A stretch of DNA of 64,000 bases from an uncultured bacterium. GTDB taxonomy: Bacteria; Actinomycetota; Acidimicrobiia; Spongiisociales; UBA5794. Each line of letters starts with the position of its first letter. The first letter of the stretch is position 1. Made by a program: the position numbers and the translations under genes. The stretch spans positions 224,001 through 288,000 of the forward strand of contig CAWDDT010000013.1 of the NCBI GenBank assembly GCA_963801165.1, written 5' to 3'. Shown piece by piece: positions 29,583 through 39,018 of this stretch. The notes below the pieces were generated by a model that was given only the letters and a program-made list of their open reading frames with translations, ran no database searches and was not told where the DNA came from.

Positions 29583-31775
29583 ATGCGTGATGACGACCGC
29601 CGGGCTATCCAGCAAGACAGGCTCGAGGCACTCCGTAGCGGGGGCGTCGATGCGATCGCGGCGCTGTTCGAACGGGCACCGGCGATCGCCGAGTTGGTGC
29701 AGGACACCGGCCCGCTGGCGGCGTGGCGTCCCTCGTCTGAGAACTGGACCGCAAAGCGCCTCGCCGCCGAGCTGACCAGGACGAGCAACACGGTGGCGCT
29801 GCTGGCACACCTCGACCGCACCCAGCAACAGCTGATCGGGTTGGCCAAATGGATGGGTGGGGCCCTCACCCGGGAACACGCAATCGCCGAGTCCGGGCTC
29901 GACCCCGAGATCCTCGACAACGCAGTAGCGGCAATGGCGGATCTGCTGTTGATCGACCCCGCAGCGGGCTGGCTGGCACTCCGGCCCGGCGTTGCCGACA
30001 TGCTCCGGCTCCCGGGTGTCGTGTTTCGTGACGGAGCGGAGTACATCACGAGCGCCGATCTCGCGACCCTTTGCCGCAATCTCGGAATCAATCCGGGCCG
30101 GTTGAAGACCGAGCGGGTCGACGCCATCGAGGCTGCTATCCGTGATCCCGACATCGTGCTGAAGAGCCTGCGTGCACTCGGTCCGGCAGCAGAGACGGCC
30201 TTCAATCGGATCGGAGCCGAAGAAGCGTTTGACCTCGATCATCTCTGGGACGACCTCGACCGCAGCCGGGACGCCTACGACCGATACGCCGAGCGGAAGC
30301 AAACAGTCATCGACTTGCACTCGCTCGGGCTCGTCGGGCTGAACCTGTACGAGCACCGGGCATGGGTGTGGCTCGACGTGCAGGTGGCATTGCGGGGCCG
30401 GTTGTTCGACACCTGGGATCGCGTGAAGCTCGAGTTCGTCCCGGCACCGGGTAATGCCGACGTGCGGATACCGGCCATTGTCGGCGTGGCCGAGCGCGTC
30501 GTCGCCCATCTGTCGTCGAACCCGCAGCCGGCACTCAAGAGCGGCGGTATCGGCAGTAATGCCGTCAAGGCGCTGGCCAGGGCAGTCGGGTTGCCCTCCC
30601 CTACCACCGGGCTTGCGCTGGCACTCCTCATCGAGCTGCGGCTGCTGGGGACGGTCGTTACCGAAGCGACCGGCAGGGGCCGCAACCGAAACGTGGTCGA
30701 GGAATGGCGGCCGATCAGCAGCGACGGGTGGCGTTCGTCTGCGCCCGTCGACCGGTGGCTGCGGCTGGTTTCGACGTGGGCACAGAGCGTCCGGCTGCCG
30801 CTCACCGAAGCGCCATTGCAGCGCCATGACCTGAAAGATGAGGGTGGTTATCCGCCGCTGGCGCGAGGGCTGCTGCTGCGGGCGCTTCGCCACATCCCCG
30901 AGGGTGCCGCCGTGGACCGCAAGCAGTTTGCCCGCTGGTTTGCGTTCAGATATCCGACGATGTGCACACCCGCCATTGCCGACCAACTGGTCGATCAGGC
31001 CCGGATCCTCGGGCTTCTCGACGGCACCGATCACATCGTCCCGACGCCTCTCGCCCGTCACTGGCTGGCCGGCGAAGACCTCCATGCCGTCGTCGCTGCC
31101 GGTAGCGGGGGGTTTGTGGTGCAGGCCGATCACACCATCATCGCCCCACCCGACCTGTCGCATGAGGTGACGGTGCGGCTTCATCAGATCGCCGCCCTCG
31201 AATCGGACCACGGTGCTCATGTCTACCGGATCGACGACCACACCCTGACTCCCGCGTTCGACGCCGATTACGACGCCGACGACATCCTGGCCTTCCTCGC
31301 CGACCACTCGACGGTCGCGATACCTGAGGTGGTGGAGCGGACGGTCCGCGACGCCGCCGCCCGTCACGGGCGTCTCCGTGTGGGGTCGACGACCACCTGG
31401 ATCGCCAGTGACGACCCGGTGATGCTGTCAAACGCGGTTGCGGTCAAGCGAGCCCGGCTCACCGCCGTGTCGCCGACGGCAGCCGTCAGCGAGCTTCCCC
31501 GCAACAAGGTGGTGGCGGCGCTGCGGGCCGCCGGTATTGCCGCGGTGGACGAGAGCGTGAGAGACGACCAGCAGCAACCGAAGTCACCCGTGCAGATTTG
31601 GGGGGCGAGGACCGAGTACCCCACCATCGATCTCAACATCGACGCTCATCGGTTGGCCGCCGCTCTCGAAGACGGGACCGTCGAACCGGCCGGGCCCCTG
31701 CCCGACCCACGTCAGTGGTGGCGAGATGCGCAATGGGACGATGACTTCGACGCAGACTTGCTCGACAGCATATGA
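29583..31775 (+). CDS. XPB-associated protein with Helicase_C_3-like domain
   Basis: FVVQADHTIIAP...VYRI....L..FLA.HS..IP..V...VRDAA.RHG; ATGA overlap with xpb. Confidence 0.85.
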   Translation: MRDDDRRAIQQDRLEALRSGGVDAIAALFERAPAIAELVQDTGPLAAWRPSSENWTAKRLAAELTRTSNTVALLAHLDRTQQQLIGLAKWMGGALTREHAIAESGLDPEILDNAVAAMADLLLIDPAAGWLALRPGVADMLRLPGVVFRDGAEYITSADLATLCRNLGINPGRLKTERVDAIEAAIRDPDIVLKSLRALGPAAETAFNRIGAEEAFDLDHLWDDLDRSRDAYDRYAERKQTVIDLHSLGLVGLNLYEHRAWVWLDVQVALRGRLFDTWDRVKLEFVPAPGNADVRIPAIVGVAERVVAHLSSNPQPALKSGGIGSNAVKALARAVGLPSPTTGLALALLIELRLLGTVVTEATGRGRNRNVVEEWRPISSDGWRSSAPVDRWLRLVSTWAQSVRLPLTEAPLQRHDLKDEGGYPPLARGLLLRALRHIPEGAAVDRKQFARWFAFRYPTMCTPAIADQLVDQARILGLLDGTDHIVPTPLARHWLAGEDLHAVVAAGSGGFVVQADHTIIAPPDLSHEVTVRLHQIAALESDHGAHVYRIDDHTLTPAFDADYDADDILAFLADHSTVAIPEVVERTVRDAAARHGRLRVGSTTTWIASDDPVMLSNAVAVKRARLTAVSPTAAVSELPRNKVVAALRAAGIAAVDESVRDDQQQPKSPVQIWGARTEYPTIDLNIDAHRLAAALEDGTVEPAGPLPDPRQWWRDAQWDDDFDADLLDSI

Positions 31776-33469
31776 CCGACCCCACCAACCCGCTGATCAT
31801 CCAGTCCGATCTGACGGTGCTACTCGAGGTGGCCGCACCGAAGGCCGGTGAGGCGCGAGCGGCGCTGGCCCGCTTTGCGGAGCTGGAGAAATCGCCCGAG
31901 CACATCCACACCTACCGGATCACCCCGCTCAGCCTATGGAATGCAGCTTCGGCCGGCGTTACCAGCGACGAGGTCACGGCAGCGCTGACCGGGCTGGCCA
32001 AGTATCCAGTTCCCCCGTCGGTGCTCGCAGAGGTGGGCGATCAGATGGGTCGCTACGGACGGCTGGTGATCGTTCGCGATTTCGACAGCGGCGGGCTGGC
32101 AATCACCACGGCGGAGCCGGCCATCCTCGAGGAAGTGGTCAGGGAGAAGTCGGTCGCCGAGTTGGTGGGGGAACGCCTCGACGGGAATCGGTTCGCGGTG
32201 CGGCTGGGTGACCGTGGTGCCCTGAAACAGGCGCTGCTGCGTCTCGGCTGGCCACCGGCGGACGAGGCCGGATACACCGAGGGCGACGTTCTCGACATCG
32301 AGCTGACCTGCCGGCTGCGTGGCTACCAGGGCGATGCGGTCGCCGCCTGGTGGGCCGACGGTTCGCCTGCGGGCGGCAACGGCACGCTTGTGCTTCCCTG
32401 CGGTGCCGGCAAGACCATCATCGGCATGGCCGCCATCGCCCAGAGCCGTGCCCACACCCTCATCGTCGCCACTTCGATCTCGGCCGCAAGACAGTGGATC
32501 CGGGAACTCGGGGACAAAACGGACATCGATATGTCGCTGGTCGGCGAATACTCGGGAGACCGCAAGGAGATCCGCCCCATCACTATCGCCACCTATCAGG
32601 TGCTCACCTGGGCGAACCCGTCGATCGACCGGAAAGCCGACCTGTTCGAACGGCATCCGCATCTCGCCCTGTTCGACCGGCAACAGTGGGGGCTGGTCGT
32701 CTACGACGAGGTGCACCTGCTGCCCGCACCGGTGTTCCGGGCCGCCGCCCGGATCCAGGCGGTGCGGCGTCTCGGGCTGACCGCCACCCTGGTGCGGGAG
32801 GATGGCAAGGAGAGTGACGTCTTCTCGCTGATCGGCCCAAAGCGTTATGACGCCCCGTGGAAGGAGTTGGAGGCTCAAGGTTGGATCGCACCTGCCGCCT
32901 GCACCGAGGTGCGGGTCGAGCTGACGGCCGAGGAGCGGATGGAATATGCGCTCACCGACCCCAAGCGCCGCTACCGGACCGCAGCAACCGCGCCCGCCAA
33001 GATGGCCGTTGTCAAACAGCTCGCCGAGCGTCACGCCGACGATCAGGTCTTGATCATCGGCCAGTACCTCGACCAGCTGCGCGACGTTGCCAGAATGCTC
33101 GACGCCCCCATCATCACCGGCCAAACCGCCCAGTCCGTGCGGGATCAACGCTTCGACGCGTTCCGCACCGGCGAGCTGCGCAGGCTCGTCGTATCGAAGG
33201 TGGCCAACTTCTCCATCGACCTGCCCAACGCCAACGTGGCCATCCAGATCTCAGGAACCTTCGGCAGCCGTCAGGAGGAAGCCCAGAGGCTGGGACGGAT
33301 CCTCCGGCCGGACGTCGACGGCCTGGTCTCCCACTTCTACACCATCGTCTCCCGGGAAACGGTCGACCAACGCTTCGCCGCCAACCGGCAACGCTTCCTG
33401 GCCGAGCAGGGCTATGCCTACTTCATCGTCGACGCCGACCAACTCGAGACCCTCCCCCCCGGGATGTGA
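31772..33469 (+). CDS. xpb: DNA repair helicase XPB (SF2)
   Basis: PLIIQSD, LEKSPEHIHTYRITPLSLWNA, LPCGAGKT, DEVH, GLTATLVRED, QRLGRILRP. Confidence 0.96.
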   Translation: MTDPTNPLIIQSDLTVLLEVAAPKAGEARAALARFAELEKSPEHIHTYRITPLSLWNAASAGVTSDEVTAALTGLAKYPVPPSVLAEVGDQMGRYGRLVIVRDFDSGGLAITTAEPAILEEVVREKSVAELVGERLDGNRFAVRLGDRGALKQALLRLGWPPADEAGYTEGDVLDIELTCRLRGYQGDAVAAWWADGSPAGGNGTLVLPCGAGKTIIGMAAIAQSRAHTLIVATSISAARQWIRELGDKTDIDMSLVGEYSGDRKEIRPITIATYQVLTWANPSIDRKADLFERHPHLALFDRQQWGLVVYDEVHLLPAPVFRAAARIQAVRRLGLTATLVREDGKESDVFSLIGPKRYDAPWKELEAQGWIAPAACTEVRVELTAEERMEYALTDPKRRYRTAATAPAKMAVVKQLAERHADDQVLIIGQYLDQLRDVARMLDAPIITGQTAQSVRDQRFDAFRTGELRRLVVSKVANFSIDLPNANVAIQISGTFGSRQEEAQRLGRILRPDVDGLVSHFYTIVSRETVDQRFAANRQRFLAEQGYAYFIVDADQLETLPPGM

Positions 33470-33570
33470 GTTCCGTTTCCCCTGCGGAGAGGAGGGCCGA
33501 CCACCCATCACAGCAAAGGTGGTGGTTCCTTCGACGTGCCGGTAGACCCTGCACCAGAGAGTCGAGCGGT

Positions 33571-34809
33571 TCACGCAGGGAAGCGAGAGATCGCCAGCCG
33601 GGCGTTGATCCGGATCGCTCCGATAAGGATCAGCACCGCGGCGGCGGTGGCGAAGTTGGCCAGCCATTCGTAACCGACCGCGGCCTTGACGAAGCCCGAC
33701 GAGAATGCGGCGGTCGCACCGAGAAGGCTCATCATCACGTCCGCGAGTCCCTGGGCATCGACCCGATGCACCTCGGGAAGGCTCTCGGTGAGTAGGGCCG
33801 AGCCGGAGATCAGCGCCACACTCCAGCCGACGCCCAGCAGAAACAGCCCGATGAACATGAGCGCAGGCACGTAACCGGCGATGACCACGGAGACGGTCCC
33901 TGCGGCAAGGATGAGTGCCCCCACCTGTAGCGACCGGATGCGGCCGAAGCGGTCCGCCCAGCGCCCGATCAGCGGTGCCAGCCCGAACATGCCGAAGATG
34001 TGCACCGCGATGACCAGGGTGGACAGCTCGGCCTGGCCGTGGTCCTTCATCTGGAGGGGTGTCATCGTCATCACCGCGACCATTGCCATCTGGCTGACCG
34101 CCATCGCCACGATCGCCAACCGGGCTCCCAGGTTGGGCCACACGACCCGCAGGGTGCGGGTGACACCGTGGATCGGGTTGTAGCGGGGAGCCTCCGGGTC
34201 GATGCCACCGGCAACCTCGAGCGGGTCGGGCCGCAGCCACGTGTTGATGATGAGCCCGGCTGCGGCGAAGCCGACCACACCGAGCAGGGCCGGGGTCACC
34301 CATTCGTGGATCCCGAAGCCGGTGCCGATGCGGTTCACCCACGCCGCCGACGGGGAACCGATGACGGCACCGACGGTGCCCACCCACACGACCATGGCGA
34401 TGGAACGGGCTCGCATATGCTCGTCGGCGAGGTCGGCGGCAACAAACCGGTTCTGCAGGTTCGAGGTGTTGCCCACACCCATCGCCGCCATAGCGACAAC
34501 CAGCAGCCAGAACAGGTCGAGCTGCCCGGCGACAAACGCCGCAGCGCAGCCGATCACAGCAACCAGGTAGCCGAGCCGGAGCCCGACCCGACGCCCGTAT
34601 CGTTTCGACCGCTGCGCAAGCGGAGCTGCCGCAAACGCGGTACCCAGGGTGGCGGCCGCAGCCGGGATGCCGGCAATGCTGTCGTTGCCGGTCATCTCGG
34701 ATGCAAGCAGAGCAGCCACCGCAACAACTGCGACGAATCCTGCATACCCGGAGGCATTGGCCGCCATGACCGTCGCCACGGTGCGTTTCTGGAGTTGCTG
34801 CCGATCCAC
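33571..34809 (-). CDS. MFS transporter
   Basis: ~12 TM segments; KRYGRR and GRWADRFGR loop motifs. Confidence 0.92.
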   Translation of the reverse strand: MDRQQLQKRTVATVMAANASGYAGFVAVVAVAALLASEMTGNDSIAGIPAAAATLGTAFAAAPLAQRSKRYGRRVGLRLGYLVAVIGCAAAFVAGQLDLFWLLVVAMAAMGVGNTSNLQNRFVAADLADEHMRARSIAMVVWVGTVGAVIGSPSAAWVNRIGTGFGIHEWVTPALLGVVGFAAAGLIINTWLRPDPLEVAGGIDPEAPRYNPIHGVTRTLRVVWPNLGARLAIVAMAVSQMAMVAVMTMTPLQMKDHGQAELSTLVIAVHIFGMFGLAPLIGRWADRFGRIRSLQVGALILAAGTVSVVIAGYVPALMFIGLFLLGVGWSVALISGSALLTESLPEVHRVDAQGLADVMMSLLGATAAFSSGFVKAAVGYEWLANFATAAAVLILIGAIRINARLAISRFPA

Positions 34810-34917
34810 GCAGGAAGGCTAGACGCCGATCTTCCCCGGTCACCACAACATCGACCACTCAAATGCACTCGAAACCCTTGCGACGGGCGCTACCGGGCAC
34901 CCGCTCGTAACGGCTGG

Positions 34918-35976
34918 CTACGGGAACCACTCCGCCGGTGTGGCGAACGTGGCCGTGTACTTCGCCGGGTCCTGGCCCTCGTACCAGGGCATCGTCTTTG
35001 GCGACCTGTAGTTGAACACCAGCTCGGGAGGGCCACCTTGATGGTGCTTCAGCACGAGCTTGATTGCGTTCTCGTCCGGGTGCCCGTAGAACTGGCTGCT
35101 CGAGGAGATCAGGTACCGCTTCGTACGGACCAGCTTGATCACATTCTTGGTGATGTTGCTGAAGCTGCCGTGATGGGGCAGCTTGAAGTCGCGAACCTCG
35201 AGCGGCCCTCCGTGATCGGCCGCATACCGGGATAGGGCTCGCTCGAGCACCGGGGCGTGAGCGTCTCCCGTCAGCAACGCCACAGTCCCCCCGTGCTCTG
35301 CGATCACGGCGATGCTCGACCCGTTGGCGGCCTTGTCGTCGGGCTTCTCGCCGAGCACACCCGCGGGCGGTCCGTAGCGGGCTCGTTTCTCCAGCTCGGC
35401 GAGCACACTGTCCCGGTCGCGAGGGCCGGTGAAACCGGAGCTGGTCAGACTCTTCGGCCATTCCTTGCGCAGCTCCTCTAGCTCCAACGGGCCCGGCGAG
35501 ACGAGGGTCAGCCGGATGTCGCCTTCGAGCTCGAAGATGGGCAGCTTTCCGTCGGCGTGCACCATCACCGGGCCACCGCCCAGTTTCTCGTGGGCGTTCC
35601 AGCGCATTCCCTTCTCCTCGAGGAGTGCCCCGAGCATCTCGCCCTGGAGTGCTCCGAGCACGCCGGTTGCCCCCTTCTGGATGTGCTTCCACCCGTTGAA
35701 CCAGACGTCCTTGAACTTGATCGCCTCGAGCTCGGGATCCTGGAGCAACTTGATGATGCCATCGATGTGGTCGGTATCGACGTGGGTGACGATGAGCAGC
35801 TCAAAGTTGGTTTCGCCCCGATCCCGCAGCTCGCCGAGCCGTTTGCGGATCCCCCAATCACCCTCGTAGGCAAACCACGGACCCCCGTCGATGAGGATCC
35901 GGCGCACCGGGTTGTCGCCGTAGCGGACGATCAGGGCGTCACCGTGCCCGGCGGCCAGCATCTCTACTTCGAGCAA
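34918..35976 (-). CDS. MBL-fold metallo-hydrolase (ComEC/Avs1a-like)
   Basis: AGHGDALIV, ILIDGG, THVDTDHIDG, NGSSI, LLTGDA, KLPHHGS, YGHPD. Confidence 0.9.
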   Translation of the reverse strand: MLEVEMLAAGHGDALIVRYGDNPVRRILIDGGPWFAYEGDWGIRKRLGELRDRGETNFELLIVTHVDTDHIDGIIKLLQDPELEAIKFKDVWFNGWKHIQKGATGVLGALQGEMLGALLEEKGMRWNAHEKLGGGPVMVHADGKLPIFELEGDIRLTLVSPGPLELEELRKEWPKSLTSSGFTGPRDRDSVLAELEKRARYGPPAGVLGEKPDDKAANGSSIAVIAEHGGTVALLTGDAHAPVLERALSRYAADHGGPLEVRDFKLPHHGSFSNITKNVIKLVRTKRYLISSSSQFYGHPDENAIKLVLKHHQGGPPELVFNYRSPKTMPWYEGQDPAKYTATFATPAEWFP

Positions 35977-35977
35977 T

Positions 35978-38662
35978 TCAATCCCCTCCCGGAGTGAATC
36001 GCCAGTCGGCGTCTCCGTAGGCCACCAGCGCCATGGTCATCACATTGCTCTCACGCAGCATCGTGATACGCACCCGTTGCATGATCTCGCCAAATGTCGC
36101 TTCGCCTCTGGCTTGCCAGAGATGGCGAACGAACGCTTCGGCGATGCGAGCCATGTCCGGCCCGAGCACGTAGGTGAGAGTGCCGACGACCACCGCTGCT
36201 CCCTTGCAGCGGAAGCGCTGGATGAAGTCCTGGTACTGCACCTCGGAATTGGCCGTGTTGCAGCCGAACAGGAGCACTACCGGCCCGGGCGGCTGGTCCC
36301 TGGCGACCACGTGTGGCTGCTCCAGCCGGATCAGGGCGAGATCCTGGTCGGCACCGATCTCCAGAGCATCCCAAGCCTGGGCGGTCTTCACTTTGTGTGG
36401 CAGGGCCACGAGAAGCGCCGGATAGTGGCTGTCGACGAGACGCTGCCACTCCCGCCAGTCGTCGGCGACGTGGACGCGGGTCGCAGGATCGGTGGCTGCC
36501 GTGGCATCCCCGATGGCGGCCTTGATCCCGGCAACCGTGTCGTCGATCCGGGTCGGCTCGTCCTCGTTGACGAGCTTGGAGGCGGCAAAGATCACGTCTG
36601 GTGCCGCCGGCAAAGCCGCTCGGGCCGCGGATGACATGGGGGCGAGACAGTCGTTGTCCCGGCCCTCCCGCCCTTCGGCCCAGACACGCTGCTCCAGGTG
36701 ACGGTTCAACCCCCAGAACCCGGACGGGCAAACGAACGCGGTGTTCCCCTGTGCCTGACAGCCGTCGCATGCGCCGTCGGTGGTTTGGAGGAACCGTGGA
36801 CAGAGCTGGGCATCATCGTCGGGTAGCCCGTAGTCGTAGAAGAACTCCACGGGCAGGTAGTCGGCCGACACGGGGCTGGAGACCGCGACCCGTTTCACGG
36901 CGCCGAGATCGCCGGAGCCGATGAGGAGGTCGCGCAGCACCCAGCCGTGCTGTGCCAGCGTGATCAGCACCTGAAGCCCGCCGGCCTCGTTGAGCTTCGT
37001 CTCCAGTTGCTGGACCGCGGTGGCGGCGTCGAACAGGGTGGTGCGAAGCACCGCCACCTCCTGGTCGATGCCCGGAAGCTTCACGTCCCAGGGTTCCTCG
37101 CCACGTTGCCAGACTTTGACCACGTCACGTTCCTTCGTGAAGGACATGTCGAGGGCGGACTTGGCATCGAGGTCGGCGGTGCTGCCGTCGCCGCGCAGCA
37201 GACGGATGCCTTCGCCGGCGGGGTCCTCATCGTCAGGCGACACCGGTCCGGTGAGGGTGGCGGTCTGCAAGTGCAGACCGTGGCAGAACACGGTCACACT
37301 CGCCTCGACATGGTCGATTCCCGCCGGGACGTCGACCGGGAATGTCGCGGTGTTGCTGTCGCCGACCTGCCCGAGCACCACTGTCTCGGTCTTCAGGCCC
37401 TCGAACAGCGACGGCGCTCTGAGGTCGATCGTCAGCTCGTGCTGGCGTTCCTCCGCGGGCAGCCTCCACTCGGGGAACGCAATCCCGGCACGGTTCCATT
37501 CGGCCGAGGTGCGTCCGATGCGCACCACGATGTCGTGGGGAGCACCGGGGCGGAAGGCGTTCTGCCGTCGCTGTGGCGTCCCCGAGCTGAGGTCGTTCAC
37601 CTGGGTTTGGAGGTATCGAGGGCTGGCGGTGACCTCGCCGTCACCGTGTGGCCTCGTCGACCGTGTGGCGTTGGCCGCGGCGACCACCGGTTCGACATCG
37701 GCGAGGACGTGGCGAGCGGCAGTAGCCGCTCCGCCTTCGGCCATCCAGGACAGGCCGTCGAGGCTGTGCAGTTCGTCGAAAGCGAGGTTCATCTCCTGGT
37801 GCTCGAGCCGGCCGCTCGCCCAGGCGTCCTCGACGGCACGACGCACCTCGGTGACGACTGCCGAGACTCGCGCCGAGTCGACGAACTCGGCATCGCCGAT
37901 GAGCAGGTAGTCGGTGTCTGCGGCCGCCATGCCGAACGCCAGATCGGGCGGATGGTTGTGCGCCAGCCCGTCGAAGAAGCGCCAGGTGAACTCGTCACCG
38001 TTGTCCGGTCCGGTGGTCGCGGCTACCGCCGAAGCTTCGAACTGTGCGGCGACCTCCCTCAGATGCTCGAGCGTGATGAACTGGGGGTCGACGCCGTACA
38101 GCACGACCAGCGACGGACCGATGAATCGAGCGGCGTCTGCTGCTTGCGGGACCTGGACCACCGCGATGTCGCAGAGAGCGTATCGATCCGTGATGTCGGT
38201 GAGCTCGATCAAGTCGGGGTGCCCGTAGGAGCCGAACCGGTCACGGAGCGGGTCGGACGGGATGGTGGCGACTCGCACCGGCCAATGCCACTGGCGCCGA
38301 CCCGAACATGTGTAGTCGGCCAGGAAAACCGAGCTGACGGCAGTGGCGCGGCGGAGTGCCTGGTACGGCGCAGTCCACTCCCCGCCATCGGTCAGCTCGA
38401 GCCGGGTGCGGATGGCCCGCCCGGTCTCGTCACCGGGGTAAGTGTGGGCAGCCGTCTGCCACGCCAGCGCGAGCGCGTCTGCGTCGCCCTGGTCCACGTC
38501 GAGCTCGCCGCCGAGACGGACCCGGGCGTACCCGGCCTCGAGATGACGTTTCAGGATCTCTACCGGCGGCTCGGGCAGATGGTGCAGCGGCAAAGGCGTG
38601 CCCGCTTCGTATTTCAGGACCCCGTATGCAGCCAGCGCGTCGGGGTTGTCCATCAGGTTCAT
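35978..38662 (-). CDS. Large multidomain protein with C-terminal CHAT (caspase-like) domain
   Basis: LPVEFFYD, FWG, LVALPH (putative His), LLFGCNT (putative Cys), GAAVVVGTL, LVAYGDADW; ATG at 38662 overlaps the upstream stop. Confidence 0.75.
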   Translation of the reverse strand: MNLMDNPDALAAYGVLKYEAGTPLPLHHLPEPPVEILKRHLEAGYARVRLGGELDVDQGDADALALAWQTAAHTYPGDETGRAIRTRLELTDGGEWTAPYQALRRATAVSSVFLADYTCSGRRQWHWPVRVATIPSDPLRDRFGSYGHPDLIELTDITDRYALCDIAVVQVPQAADAARFIGPSLVVLYGVDPQFITLEHLREVAAQFEASAVAATTGPDNGDEFTWRFFDGLAHNHPPDLAFGMAAADTDYLLIGDAEFVDSARVSAVVTEVRRAVEDAWASGRLEHQEMNLAFDELHSLDGLSWMAEGGAATAARHVLADVEPVVAAANATRSTRPHGDGEVTASPRYLQTQVNDLSSGTPQRRQNAFRPGAPHDIVVRIGRTSAEWNRAGIAFPEWRLPAEERQHELTIDLRAPSLFEGLKTETVVLGQVGDSNTATFPVDVPAGIDHVEASVTVFCHGLHLQTATLTGPVSPDDEDPAGEGIRLLRGDGSTADLDAKSALDMSFTKERDVVKVWQRGEEPWDVKLPGIDQEVAVLRTTLFDAATAVQQLETKLNEAGGLQVLITLAQHGWVLRDLLIGSGDLGAVKRVAVSSPVSADYLPVEFFYDYGLPDDDAQLCPRFLQTTDGACDGCQAQGNTAFVCPSGFWGLNRHLEQRVWAEGREGRDNDCLAPMSSAARAALPAAPDVIFAASKLVNEDEPTRIDDTVAGIKAAIGDATAATDPATRVHVADDWREWQRLVDSHYPALLVALPHKVKTAQAWDALEIGADQDLALIRLEQPHVVARDQPPGPVVLLFGCNTANSEVQYQDFIQRFRCKGAAVVVGTLTYVLGPDMARIAEAFVRHLWQARGEATFGEIMQRVRITMLRESNVMTMALVAYGDADWRFTPGGD

Positions 38663-39018
38663 CGTGACACCCACAAGGTCGAGATTCCTTCCGTAAGCAG
38701 TTCCTGATATGCGTCTGCCACCTGGCCGGGGTTGCCCTCGAGCAGGCTGCGGCCGAACTTCTCGAGACCCGGATCGCCACCGAGCACCCCGCCGCCGGCG
38801 AGGATCGGGCCGATCCCCTCGTTGGAGACGACCTCCCGCGGAGGAATCCCGATGCCATCGCCGGACGGCCAGCCGGTCAGCTCGATGTCGAGGTCGCGAA
38901 ACACCACGATGTCGCTAGAGCCGTGTTGCTCGCTACCCGGCATGTCGCTGTCACCCCGCGGCAATGTGTTGGCGTTCCGCTGCCCGGGGTGGTCCTCCTT
39001 CCCGGTTGGGCCGCTCAA
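38659..39018 (-). CDS. Small acidic Gly-rich hypothetical protein
   Basis: 119-aa ORF with 4-bp start/stop overlaps on both sides (TTGA with patatin, ATGA with CHAT). Confidence 0.6.
   Translation of the reverse strand: MSGPTGKEDHPGQRNANTLPRGDSDMPGSEQHGSSDIVVFRDLDIELTGWPSGDGIGIPPREVVSNEGIGPILAGGGVLGGDPGLEKFGRSLLEGNPGQVADAYQELLTEGISTLWVSR

Noticed and set aside
29319-31367. 682-aa minus-strand ORF and similar long antisense ORFs (10662-12296, 33251-34858, 36947-38707, 51139-53460)
   Set aside because: Shadow ORFs of well-supported genes in high-GC DNA; no motifs.
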